A stretch of 63,694 nt of DNA, filler included, from Octopus bimaculoides (taxonomy: Eukaryota): assembly GCF_001194135.2 (NCBI RefSeq). It is 6 parts of 5 records of this genome, joined end to end, with 100 filler letters (N's around TTAATTAATTAA, not from the genome) between each part and the next. Parts side by side here need not be neighbours in the genome. Positions count along the whole stretch, not along the records: positions 45,325 to 61,486 come from NC_068996.1; positions 61,587 to 63,694 come from NC_068983.1; 4 more parts are not named here. One strand, 5' to 3'. A program made the position numbers and the translations under genes. Below, in pieces: positions 50,013 through 62,678 of this stretch (within the stretch, counting starts at the first letter, position 1; every line of letters starts with the position of its first letter). The notes below the pieces were generated by a model. It did no database searches and had not been told where the DNA came from. It saw only the letters and a program-made list of their open reading frames with translations.

Positions 50013-52390
50013 CATCGTTCTTTCCCACCACCAGATCGTTATACGTTGCTAACGTAGAACTCACTGGTCTATCAATCTCAGTACTTGACTGGTATTTCAT
50101 TTTATCGACCCTGGAGGGATGAAAGGTAGAATCGATCCCGGCGCAATTTGAACTCTGACCGTAGAGAGCCCGAACAAATGCTCCAAAAACATTTTCCCGA
50201 CGCTCTAACGATTCTTCTAGCTCGCTGCCTCAACAACAACAACAACAACAACAACAACAACGGTTTCAAATTTTAGTACAAGGCCAGCTAGTTTGGGAGA
50301 AGCGGGTAAGTCGATAACATTGACCCCCAGTTCTCAGCTGGCACTATTTTATCGACCTCGAAAAGATGGAAGGCAAAGTCGACCTCGGTGGAATTTCAAT
50401 TCAGAACGCAAAGACAGATGGAATGCCGTTAAGCTTTTTTCTTGGCATTGTCACAGAGGCAACGGATGAGGAGAGATAAGGACAAATTGCAAAGAATGAC
50501 AGAAGTTTAAGAGACAGGCATGAAAAACAATCACGTTAACGAGAAACTGAAACATCCCAATGATAGAATAACCACTTTGGGGTCAAACAAGGAGCATTGC
50601 AGGTTTCACATTAACCTTACTTACAATAGCAAGTGTCTTCTCCCAACTGTATTCTCACTTCAAGAGTGTGATGAGATTAAATCTAGTCACTCAGGCCACA
50701 CTCATTACTTACACTCGTCTTTCAGCAAAATCACTAAATGGCAACACTTCTTTCATCTCCCTCATTTTATTCTCTAGCTGATATTTGAAGAAGTTGATGA
50801 GGGATTGATCAAAAGCAAAGCCGTCTGTCTTCAACCCTTTTAATCAAGTCCCCCATACAATTATTTTTTTCATAATTAGCGTATAGCACTCAATTCTCGG
50901 ACTGGCTGATGTTTTGTGTTCTTGGGCGAAACACTCTCATTTCACGTTGCTCTGGGATCATTTCGACGCCTGACATGTGGCACACCATACATTTGTACAA
51001 GCAATGTTGATTTGATGGAGTGAGTGAGCTCATGTACTGCACAAACATTCGATCACTGTAAATAAATCATTTGTGCAGGTTTGTGCAGCGAGAAATTTCG
51101 GAATTGAGAGATTACCAACATGAGAAAGACACCAGGAAGAAGAATATTGCCTGCCCTTCGCAGCCAAATGAAGGTGTTGGTTGGTTCTTATAGTTGACTC
51201 GACTGACTAGCGTATCCGTCCTATACACAAAAAACCTCTTCAACATAATTCCATACGTCAGCAATTCTCGAACACTAAATGAAGACGTACATAACGGTTT
51301 TGTTGATTCGCACGCATCTGGACAGACCCATTTGACGGTACTTTTGTATTTGCAGAAGCGGCAATGCTTTTGATAGCACAAAACAGTCTAGGAATACCTG
51401 AAAGCTGCGGATAATCTGCGACTGAAAGTCTTTCGGAATAGTTCAGCTGAACTTCAGTGGCTCCTAAAAAACGTCGCTCTTAGCCATAGAATGGGAGTGT
51501 TGATTTAATACCGAGTGCATTTACTATTGCTACAAAACTCTATACGCTTGACATCATTTTAGATGCCAGGCGCTGAAACTTGTTCTTCGTTTGGGCTAGT
51601 CTAACGAACGTCAACTGAGGCTGCAGCTCCGGTGGATTTATTGCACATTAACAGTTGCAGATTACCGACTAGAGGATGGCCCCTTTGACCAGTGGAATAC
51701 GCTCCTTCTACAAGAAGTGAAAGAGCAGGCACTCCAGCATAGTCACATTTCAGTTTTTAATTAAGTTTGTCTCCTTTCATTTGTCACCTTTCATTTTTTA
51801 TGTTTTTGGAATTGTTTCCCTTGATTCTCTTGACCAGGATTAGTGATGACACTAATAGTTATTTCCTCTGCATTACAAATGTAATTTTAAATAAAATTTA
51901 TTTACTATAACACAAAAATGAAGACAGAGAATTTCTTATAGCGCGAAAAAGGGAAAGTTAAGAATCTTCTTATATTTCAGGAGAACGGATTAAAGAAATG
52001 TAAGTTGATGCAAATCCGGCCAAGCTGAGTGCCGTGAAACACTTTCCCTCTCGCATTGATAAAAACTCTTCCACTTCATCATTTGTTTTATTTTACTTCT
52101 GTCTTACGATACTTCATGCAAACTACAACGCTCGTCTTATAAATTATATATAATTGTTTGGATCACGAAACCAAGTATGTTATAAGGTGGTGAGCTGGCA
52201 GAATCGTTTGCACGCTAGGCAAACAACTTAACTGTCATAACGTTCTGAGTTCAAATTCCAACGGAGACGGCCTTGCCATACATCCTTTCGGAACCGATAA
52301 AATAAATACCTGTTGAGCCTTGAGGTCAATGTTATCGACTTACTCCTTCCCCAAAATTGGTGGTCCTGTAACTAAAATTTGAAGCCAATA

Positions 52391-52663
52391 TTAACCCATT
52401 ACCTCCCATAATTCTATTAACTGGAAACTTTGATTTCTAGCATAAAACAGCCTTAGAAACAAGCTGGAATGATCAAAATAACATTTTAAATAGAAATAAG
52501 CGAGATATTGGGTGAAAAATTAGCAAACCTCATTTGAACATCAGAGAAATATACCTAGTAGATATAGCAAAAAGGTTAGATATGTGTAACTATTGACAGA
52601 TAATTATGAAATTTGTAATTTTTAAGTGATCTCATTTGAGATCACTGGTAGGTAATGGGTTAA
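52391..52663. mobile_element. piggyBac-like TTAA MITE
   Basis: ttaacccattacct ... aggtaatgggttaa (perfect 14 bp including TTAA). Subterminal palindrome agtgatctca-tt-tgagatcact at 52625-52646. Confidence 0.8.
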
Positions 52664-53257
52664 GTATGTTGGTACTGACATAACTATCTTCTTTTTTTTA
52701 GCAGGCTTTGAACTAAATTCGCTGTACAATATATGGTGTTACAGAATCTCTTTTGGTCAAGGTTTACCGTGCCTTTTACAATCCTGGGCAAAATTATTTG
52801 AGGAAGAGTGATAATTGCCTATGAACACAAGTTTCCATTCACCACGCCACTGATTTTAAATCAAGAGAATGGCTGCAGATTTGGGCCGACATAGTTTGGC
52901 ATTGGTGTCGTTGCAGGTGTTGCTACCAGGATGCAAAGAGCCAGAACAAATATGGCAAGGCATTTTGCCCGACCCTCTAACAAATTTACCCATCCGTCGC
53001 CTTGGATTAGCAGTCTTTCTATTTACCTCCTACAAGGGATGGATATCGAAGTTGACTTCGGGTGGATTTCCAACTCAGGGCTCAGAGATTTGGAAGAAAT
53101 ACTGTCAGCCATTCTACTCGATGGTCTAATAACTCTTTCAGTATTTTACTTTACCACCTTTAACTTATGCATTAATGGGATGCGATTGTTTTGCAGCAGT
53201 GGACTTCCTTCATCCCACCCAAAATAAAGGATCATGCATTTAAAGCTTGATATATAA

Positions 53258-53316
<59 letters not shown>

Positions 53317-53317
<1 letters not shown>

Positions 53318-53464
53318 CATCATCATCGTTTAACGTCCGCTTTCCATGCTAGCATGGGTTGGACGATTTGACTGAGGACTGGTGAAACCAGATGGCTACA
53401 ACAGGTTCCAATCTGATTTGGAAGAGTTTCAACAACTGGATGCCCTTCCTAACGCCAACCACTC
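53317..53464 (-). mobile_element. RTE 3' tail with (ATG)n end
   Basis: Reverse complement of 37128-37190 (ggttggtgctaggaagggcatccagctgtagaaac...aaatcagattg) and continues to a (GAT)n tail. Confidence 0.75.
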
Positions 53465-53646
53465 AACCGATGCTGCTGTATTTACGCCCACGTAACAGAG
53501 CAGATCAGCAAAAGAGACCGATAGAATAAATAGCTGGCTTAAAGAAAAAGAATAAATAAAAAATAAGTACTGGGGTCGACTCGTTCGACTCAAATTCTTC
53601 AAGGCAGTGCCCCAGCATGACCGCAGTCAAATAACTGAAACAAGAA
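53465..53646 (+). mobile_element. SINE family A, 3' half
   Basis: aaccgatgctg...ctggggtcgac...ccagcatgaccgcagtcaaataactgaaacaag. Confidence 0.75.
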
Positions 53647-53712
53647 TATATATTGATCAGACTACTTATATATATATATATTTATGCATGCTCGTACACA
53701 CACACAGACACA

Positions 53713-53746
<34 letters not shown>

Positions 53747-56002
53747 NNNNNNNNNNNNNNNNNNNNNNNNNNNNNNNNNNNNNNNNNNNNNNNNNNNNNN
53801 NNNNNNNNNNNNNNNNNNNNNNNNNNNNNNNNNNNNNNNNNNNNNNNNNNNNNNNNNNNNNNNNNNNNNNNNNNNNNNNNNNNNNNNNNNNNNNNNNNNN
53901 NNNNNNNNNNNNNNNNNNNNNNNNNNNNNNNNNNNNNNNNNNNNNNNNNNNNNNNNNNNNNNNNNNNNNNNNNNNNNNNNNNNNNNNNNNNNNNNNNNNN
54001 NNNNNNNNNNNNNNNNNNNNNNNNNNNNNNNNNNNNNNNNNNNNNNNNNNNNNNNNNNNNNNNNNNNNNNNNNNNNNNNNNNNNNNNNNNNNNNNNNNNN
54101 NNNNNNNNNNNNNNNNNNNNNNNNNNNNNNNNNNNNNNNNNNNNNNNNNNNNNNNNNNNNNNNNNNNNNNNNNNNNNNNNNNNNNNNNNNNNNNNNNNNN
54201 NNNNNNNNNNNNNNNNNNNNNNNNNNNNNNNNNNNNNNNNNNNNNNNNNNNNNNNNNNNNNNNNNNNNNNNNNNNNNNNNNNNNNNNNNNNNNNNNNNNN
54301 NNNNNNNNNNNNNNNNNNNNNNNNNNNNNNNNNNNNNNNNNNNNNNNNNNNNNNNNNNNNNNNNNNNNNNNNNNNNNNNNNNNNNNNNNNNNNNNNNNNN
54401 NNNNNNNNNNNNNNNNNNNNNNNNNNNNNNNNNNNNNNNNNNNNNNNNNNNNNNNNNNNNNNNNNNNNNNNNNNNNNNNNNNNNNNNNNNNNNNNNNNNN
54501 NNNNNNNNNNNNNNNNNNNNNNNNNNNNNNNNNNNNNNNNNNNNNNNNNNNNNNNNNNNNNNNNNNNNNNNNNNNNNNNNNNNNNNNNNNNNNNNNNNNN
54601 NNNNNNNNNNNNNNNNNNNNNATATATATATATATATATATATAAAATAAATGTATCGTATATGTGCGTGTGTGCATGTGTAATTATATATGTATATAGA
54701 TATATACGCACATACATATTCACACACACGCATACAGTATGTATACTTACCTAAAATAGCTGTAGTTTTTGCTGTTTTCTTTTAAAATACTTATATTTTA
54801 TTTTATACATTCTATTCTTATATACTGTAATTGTATATATAATGTATTTATTATTATGTTATTTTCTTAACTTCTTTTTATTACATTTCTTCCCCCACCC
54901 CCATGGGACTATCTAGCTGTCGGTTCACCCGTTTCATTTGTTAAGAACTGTACAAGTACATATTCCACACCCTACAATATCCACCCTTTCAGCAAATTCT
55001 TAATTTCTCTCTATCAGGAAATACACAGAATCTATCCTCTAATTGTCAAAGTAAAAGAAATATTCCAAACGTCAGCTGTTCGTTGTCTGCAACGAAGCGG
55101 TGGTGGCGGTGACGGCGGTGATGATAGTGGTAGTGGTGGTTTGGTAACAGTGGTGCTGATAGTGTATTGGAGATGGTGATGCGTGTATTGTGGTACTGTA
55201 GTGCTGCTGCTGGTGGAAACAGAAGAGATAGTGATGGTGATGGCATTGTCGTTGTTCTACATTTATTTAGCAGGCATATGTAGAAGAATTGAGAAACATG
55301 TAAATATTTGGTCTTTACTAACAATATATCTCGAAGCAAATTCAGCTACACAGGGTGCGAGACATATTTGAGGACACTTAATTATCAGCATATCATCAGC
55401 AAATTCAAACAAATTTAAAAAAAGCTTTTATTTCTTTCAGATTTCCCATGACAAATGAAATGCTAAAAGACAAGAAATGACAATTCATGCAGTCATTGTT
55501 TCCATATGTGTGAAAAACAGCAATTTAGAAATTGCCTACTTTCTGAAAGTTGCAAATTCTTTAGTACACAAACTTCTGATGAAATTAGATGCCTCTGGCG
55601 GGAAAGTTTCTACTGTACCAAAGAGAGAAAAAAATATTCTAAACGTTCAGACACTGTAAGGACATCGCAATTCATCCAATGGTTTCAAAACATTATCGAT
55701 GAAGATCTCGGAAAATCAATGAGGCCATCACTAAAAAATTTCAGGTTTTGGAATGGAATATGGAACCGTGGTGTACGAGGATATTAGATACAAGTCATGT
55801 GAACTGAAGAGAGGCCAACGGATGTCTGCGAAGACGCAAGAAAATCGTTTGATCTGAGCCCGAGGGTTACTTAATAAGATTTAAATTTCCCACGTGCTTT
55901 AGTTCTTCCTTAATAAGAAAAGTTGTGCTCAAGACGAAAAGTCTTAACAGGACAAATGACAGGTATGCGCAGATTCTTCTGATGTCTCCATAGTGATGTA
56001 CA

Positions 56003-56230
56003 TTAACCCTTTAGTATTCAAACCGGCCATATCCAGCCAAAATATTCCCCCAGTTTTATATTGAAACTGAGCAGATCAGGCCTCTCACACCTACCCTACG
56101 ATGTCATTTTAAAACTAAACAATCACATAATTGAAATCTCTAAACTACAAGATGATGGATGATTAATTCAGCAAAAAATAAATAAACAAGCATCATTTTT
56201 GCCAGAATAATCTGAATACTAAAGGGTTAA
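56003..56230. mobile_element. piggyBac-like TTAA MITE nested in the maT transposase
   Basis: ttaaccctttagtattca ... tgaatactaaagggttaa (perfect 18 bp). Removing it rejoins the transposase as VMYIKLLATPMV. Confidence 0.88.
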
Positions 56231-56710
56231 GTTACTAGCAACTCCGATGGTTTTTTTATTGGGTGGGTGAATAATGAACGTCAATTCATGCCACTTCGTA
56301 TCTTTCCACAAGGTCTTAGAATTTAAGTTGCTCGATACATCGAGGTATTGGAGACACTTGTTAAACCCTGGATGGATAAAATACGCAGCGGAGGGCCACA
56401 AGTTTGTCAACAAGACTCATAACATTCTCACAAACAACCCCAAGAAAGGACGTGAGACAAAATTTACGATCATGTAACACCAAACTTGTGGTTTCTAAAT
56501 TAGCCAGATTTAAATCCTATTGTCTGGAGCATTGGTTGAAAAGGAAACTAAAGGGTATTCTTTCAACATCGTAGCTTCAATGGAGGTCGCAATTGTCCAG
56601 GTGATGTCTGAAATGAATAAGGATCACTAAATGCAGGCATGACAACGAGTCCGGTCCTGCATTGAAGCAGTCAGCGATGTTGAAGGCGGATTCATAAAAT
56701 AATTATATAA

Positions 56711-57105
56711 GGAGGATTAGCTGTGTGGTAAGTAGCTTGCTTACCAACCATATGGTTCCGGGTTCAGTCCCACTGCGTGGCACCTTGGGCAAGTGTCTTC
56801 TACTATAGCCTCGGGCCGACCAAAGCCTTGTGAGTGGATTTAGTAGACGGAAACTGAAAGAAGCCCGTCGTATATATGTATATATATATGTGTGTGTGTT
56901 TGTGTGTCTGTGTTTGTCCCCCCACCATCGCTTGACAACCGATGCTGGTGTGTTTACGTCCCCGTAACTTAGCGGTTCAGCAAAAAGAGACCAATAGAAT
57001 AAGTACTAGGCTTACAAAGAATAAGTCCTGGGGTCGATTTTCTCGACTAAAGGCGGTGCTCCAGCATGGCCGCAGACAAATGACTGAAACAAATAAAAGA
57101 GAGTA
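56711..57105 (+). mobile_element. SINE family A, full length (reference copy)
   Basis: A-box-like agctgtgtggtaag, B-box-like ggttcagtccc, CORE-like ccttgggcaagt, internal (TA)/(TG) run, A-rich tail. Confidence 0.92.
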
Positions 57106-57611
57106 ATAGAGAGGAAGTTTATTGCGAACATGTACACAAATATTCATTAAAACAATGTCACTTTAAAAAAAAAAAAAAAACCTTATTAAAGTTGTTTTAC
57201 TAAATTATGAAATATGTCCTCAGATACCTCTCACACCCGGTATATAATAGTTTCTGAAGCACTGGGTTGAAATTTCACCTTGAAGTGGGTGGGGGAAAGA
57301 ACGTTGGAAAACTACTGTTGGGAATGAATCCACACATTTTCTGTAACCCAGACAGAAGTACTATCAGTTATACCGAAACAATCATCCGTCTTTCTCAAAT
57401 TGAAATACTTTGTTATTAGCGAGAGAGGTTACTGTTGGAAGTAGTGTTAGTGTTTTTGGTAGCGGTGTTAGCGATGGTGGCGATTGGTATGAGTGCCGGT
57501 GTGGTTTCGGTGTTGGGGTGGTTAGGGTTGTAGTGGTGGTGATGGTGATGTAGGGGGTAAATTTGTAAATTAAAGAGAGGAGAAAAATGTTCTATAAATG
57601 ATGAATATGTA

Positions 57612-57658
<47 letters not shown>

Positions 57659-57776
57659 TCATCTCTCTCTCTCTCTATATATATATATACACACACACAC
57701 ACATACATACACGCACACACACACGCGCACGCACACACACACACACGCACACACAGACATACACATATATACACAT

Positions 57777-57986
57777 AACGGTGTGGGGGCTGAAAAGTTT
57801 CTGGCTTTGGGTAATAGAAAGTAAAAGAGGATCAGTTAATTATGATTTTATTCAACATATTCTCCTCCCAGATTCACACACTTATTGCAGCTGTCCTCGA
57901 GCTTTTCTAAGCCCTGTAAAAGAACTCGTGCCCAGCAAGACCTTTCACGATACCCTTTAAGGCAGGAACCTTTCAGCACCCCTCGT
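57777..57986 (-). mobile_element. Mariner-derived MITE
   Basis: ggggctgaaaagtttctggcttt / aaggcaggaacctttcagcacccctcgt; homologous to 24008-24206. Confidence 0.75.
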
Positions 57987-58029
57987 GTATGTATGTATGT
58001 ATGTATGTATGTATGTATGTATGTATGTA

Positions 58030-58728
58030 TACTAGCTGACGTACCCTGTAATTCCCGGGAAAGCGGGGCTTATCTCTTGGTTCCGTTCTCATAATTGTTT
58101 CGCTAATCCAATAACAACAATACAAAGTATGTAGCCCTTAAAATAGTTTTTGAGCATTTATTGAGAATACCAAACTGTCTTACACAGGATCTTGTTTTTA
58201 GGAATTCCCAATAAGTTATGAATGTCCAAATTGTGAAGTCAGTTATGTAATAACATGAAATTAGTTACCCAATAGTAAGAATTCAAATAAAGTAGGTCCG
58301 AAAAGGGCTTTAATGCGTTCCCAGAGTATATAGAACTTAGGAGGAAACACTAATAAGGTATGCATACTAAAATCGTGAAGCATGTTACGTAATAACAGGC
58401 TAATCAGATACGATATAATAACAATTCAAAGTAAGTAACTCTGAAAAGGGCTTTTGTGCGTTTCAAGAGAATAATTACCCTCATCAGCGCTAGAGTTGGT
58501 ATATTCGTGAATAAGTCACTAACCGAAATAAGTGGATCTATTGTTTAAGAAAATACTATTTACTTGTTTAATGGTTGTACTGGATAAATTGCGAAAATAA
58601 GTCTAACAGTTCAAATACTAAGAAATAAGCATACTCAATTTCATTTTAACCAAATAATTTAGGAAAATGAATGGGTTATTTCCGTTTGTCATATATTAGG
58701 ATCCTTTCCAGAGGCAAATGGGTTATTT
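58030..58728 (+). mobile_element. Helitron/HINE-like element, 3' end in gap
   Basis: 5' end as at 45498; internal block shared with 37237-37592; gggttatttcc motif as at 46300. Confidence 0.55.
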
Positions 58729-59190
58729 NNNNNNNNNNNNNNNNNNNNNNNNNNNNNNNNNNNNNNNNNNNNNNNNNNNNNNNNNNNNNNNNNNNNNNNN
58801 NNNNNNNNNNNNNNNNNNNNNNNNNNNNNNNNNNNNNNNNNNNNNNNNNNNNNNNNNNNNNNNNNNNNNNNNNNNNNNNNNNNNNNNNNNNNNNNNNNNN
58901 NNNNNNNNNNNNNNNNNNNNNNNNNNNNNNNNNNNNNNNNNNNNNNNNNNNNNNNNNNNNNNNNNNNNNNNNNNNNNNNNNNNNNNNNNNNNNNNNNNNN
59001 NNNNNNNNNNNNNNNNNNNNNNNNNNNNNNNNNNNNNNNNNNNNNNNNNNNNNNNNNNNNNNNNNNNNNNNNNNNNNNNNNNNNNNNNNNNNNNNNNNNN
59101 NNNNNNNNNNNNNNNNNNNNNNNNNNNNNNNNNNNNNNNNNNNNNNNNNNNNNNNNNNNNNNNNNNNNNNNNNNNNNNTATATATATACA

Positions 59191-59221
<31 letters not shown>

Positions 59222-59264
59222 CAATATATATATATATATGTATTTATATATATATAATAAATCT

Positions 59265-59515
59265 CTGAACGAAGTATAAACAGTAGCTGCACGACAAACG
59301 TGAAGTATATTTGCCACTTAAATGCGGCTAACCACTAAGGGTGAATGCTACTGTAGCTTGTAGCCTCAGGAGAACACCTCCTCCAGCTGGCTATTGACAC
59401 AGTTTCTGTACCCTATCAGTATTTGCAAAGGGAAGTTATCATTCCCATCGTCGATCTGACGTGATACGCACGGACCCGGGTTTCTGGCTATTTACTCTGC
59501 GTCAGCGCACGACAC
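59265..59515 (-). mobile_element. ~250-bp non-coding hammerhead-led repeat
   Basis: Homologous to 26040-26617. Minus strand CGUGCG CUGACGC...GAAA CCC GGG UC^CGUGCG at 59467-59511. Confidence 0.6.
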
Positions 59516-60264
59516 TCACCGATCTTCGATGCGTTACTTATAAGGACCGGTCGCCCCAATACTATAGAAGCCAATTATTCAAAGTGGCGTGCAATGAGAC
59601 TGAACTCGAAACCATGTGGTTGCAAAGCGAGCGTCTTAATCACATAGCCATACGGCTCATGTCTTAACAAAAACCGAAACCAGTTTGCTCGGTCCTCGTT
59701 CCAGCGTACCGAAATCTTTGTAGTTTAACGAAATGGCCTAATTTTATCACCAGGCAAAATATACGTTTAAACATGTTATATGACACATTATCCATGGTTT
59801 ATTCATAACATCTGCTTACCGTCATTGTTATTTTGTTGCCGTTTTTTAACCTGAGGTCAGTTCTGCTAGAACATCGTTCCTTGTTCCTTGTAAGGTCTGT
59901 GGTGTGTGTGTGTGTGTGTATGTGCACATGCATGCGTGCGTGTGTTTCTGTGTGTGTTTGTGGATGCGCATATAAGTTTTGCAGCCTGTGTATAATAGAA
60001 TATTAATGTATGCAGATAAAGTTGATGGCAAGTAAGTTGCTCTTTTAAAAATAAAAAAAGAAGAAAAAACAAAACCTTCTCAGAAAGTTGTCTCAGGTTC
60101 TACATGCAAAGTTGGACCTATATTACATGCTTCATTGAACCAAAAAGTTTTTTTCCCTGAAAATGTGCTGCAAGAATGTGGGTGCGTCAAATGTACCGGT
60201 ACCTCTTTTATGCCATCGAATACGTTAAAAATTACATAATACGATGGAATCTTCCGTCGAAGAC

Positions 60265-60322
60265 GATCTATGTATTTATGTATGTATTTATGTATGTATG
60301 TATGTATGTATGTATGTATGTA

Positions 60323-60381
<59 letters not shown>

Positions 60382-60408
60382 ATGTATGTATGTATGTATG
60401 TATGCATA
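60265..60408. repeat. Compound microsatellite (TATG)n-(TG)n-(TCTG)n-(TATG)n
   Basis: Read directly from the sequence. Confidence 0.95.
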
Positions 60409-61586
60409 ATGTACAACCATGTTTAACATCTTAATTTTGAGGCCTAAATTGACTTTAAAAATTTTATGATTCCCTGTGCACCATTGCAATCTCAGAGCTT
60501 TTACAATCTACTATAAAATGACATATTGACCTTTAATATTTCATTTTATATCAACAGAACTGTAGGTTAGTAGAAGCGGTTGAGCGCTGGAGAATAAATG
60601 TTATACCGTCTTTGTTCCGGCTCTTTTCATTCTGAGTCTAAATCAGGTTGCAGTCAACTTTGCCTTTTAATCTGCCGAGGACAATAAAATAAAGTGTCTA
60701 TCGAGTACGAAGACTAATTTAATCGATTGACTGGCCTTCCTAAATTTGTGCTCTTGTGTCAATGCGAGAAACAATATTTCATTTTATATGAAATATTCTG
60801 ATGCACTATTAAAAAAATACAAGTTTAAGTAAGCGTTTTACATTGTTGTGTATTTTCATGATGAAAATAGGTGGGTAAAAACTTTGCTAAGCATTACATA
60901 CACCCTGATAGAAAGTATTGGACGCACCCCTAATTTGCACACTACGAATATATTTATTCACGTTAATTATCAAAACTTAGAGCAATCATCAGTGTGGTCT
61001 TTTACAGGAGTATTTTAGAGTATATTTATCTATTGTACTCTTTCCTTTATTTAAGATAGTAAGAATATGTGATTTGAGGAAGGCTTGGTCGCCGTTTCTA
61101 GCAGGTGAAACAACCACATAAGTAGTTTCCCTCCTTGTCTCAGTTACTTTCATGTAGTTACTGTTACCGTCATTAAAAAAAAAAAAGAAAAAAAAAAAAA
61201 GAAATTTGACAGAAATTTTAGAAATTTGATCAGAAAGTGGGGAAATAAGATCCGTTGGGTGTTGTCCTGGCTTTTGAGATTTTCTTTTTCTGTTCGCGCG
61301 AGTTTGACGTTTACCGAAATCAGTTTCTGCCCTTCCCTAAAGATGGCGTATTGTGTCAGAGGTCAATTAACATAAATACATCAGGCGTTGAGGTTATCGT
61401 TGTTGTGGTTGCTCTTCTTGTTATAACTGTTGTGGTTGTGTTAATTGCTGTTATTGTTGTTGGTGCTGTAATGGCGGTTTATTTTTNNNNNNNNNNNNNN
61501 NNNNNNNNNNNNNNNNNNNNNNNNNNNNNNTTAATTAATTAANNNNNNNNNNNNNNNNNNNNNNNNNNNNNNNNNNNNNNNNNNNN

Positions 61587-61619
<33 letters not shown>

Positions 61620-62051
61620 CACACATATATACATATATGTACGTAGTGTGTATGTATGTATATATGCATGCGTATATATGTATACGTACGTATGTATGTA
61701 TACTCTCTCTCACACACACATATGTATATGCATATATATATACTTACATATACATATATACATATACATACTACACATAAGTACACGCAGATACATGCAC
61801 GTACACGCACACATTCATACATGTGTGTATATATACACAAATGTATACATGCACTCAGACATACATGCGCGTATATATATTCATATACTCACACAGCCAT
61901 TGTATGTATCGGAAAATCTAATGTCTCACAATAGCTAGTAGTTTTATTCCAGGTGGGATGAAACAACTCGCCACAGTACCCATCTTATCCAGGTTTACGA
62001 ATACCTAAAATATATGCAATCAAACTAATTTACAATATTTTTGGTGAAACG

Positions 62052-62270
62052 AAGGCGGCGATCTGGTAGAGTCGTTAGCACGCCGGCCAAAATGCTTAGT
62101 GGCATTTTGTCCGTCATTACGTTCTGAGTTCAAATTCTGCCAAGGTCGACTTTTCCCTCCATCCTTTTGGAGTCGATAAAATAAGTACCAGTGAAGCACT
62201 AGGGTAGATGTAATCGACTTCGCTCCGAAGTTGCTGGCCTTGTGCCAAGATTTGACACCATATTTGGGAG
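62052..62270 (+). mobile_element. SINE family B
   Basis: Collinear with 40227-40400. Confidence 0.8.
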
Positions 62271-62678
62271 AGATTGCTTTAAAAAAACGTCGGCGCTCTT
62301 TTGTTTCTCCGTGAATTTTGATTCACTCAGAACAGTGGCATCCAAGCAATTCCGAATATGTTTTGGTGAAGCATCATAAAAATGCACAACCCACTCCAAC
62401 AGACAAACAAACAAACAAAATCTTCTACAAAAACCCACTAATAACAAAGAACAAATTATAGACCCTAAAATATTTTTTCTTACATATATTGTTTTATTTC
62501 CTGAGAATCATACTTATTTTTTCCGAAATACTTAACCGATTTACTTAATTATTCTAAATGAACTATTTTTCTACTCAGTAGCGTTTCTCTTTGTTTATTG
62601 CACTACTTCGGGATCTCTTCCCCAAAAAGTAAACAAATTAGAATGAAAAGAACGATTCCAAACAGAAGGCATCATAAT

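Larger units (their letters stand above)
55349..57242 (+). mobile_element. maT (DD37D-type) element with both TIRs, carrying two nested insertions
   Basis: TIRs cagggtgcgagacatatttgaggaca / tgtcctcagatacctctcacacccgg. ATG at 55477 (MTIHAVIVSI...); later LLNPGWIK, PDLNPI-like, VWSI.EKETK, AVSDVEGGFIK*. Confidence 0.8.

Noticed and set aside
8334-61542. Recurrent TTAATTAATTAA motif
   Set aside because: Always centred in a 100-bp gap with 44 N each side; a scaffolding spacer, not biology.
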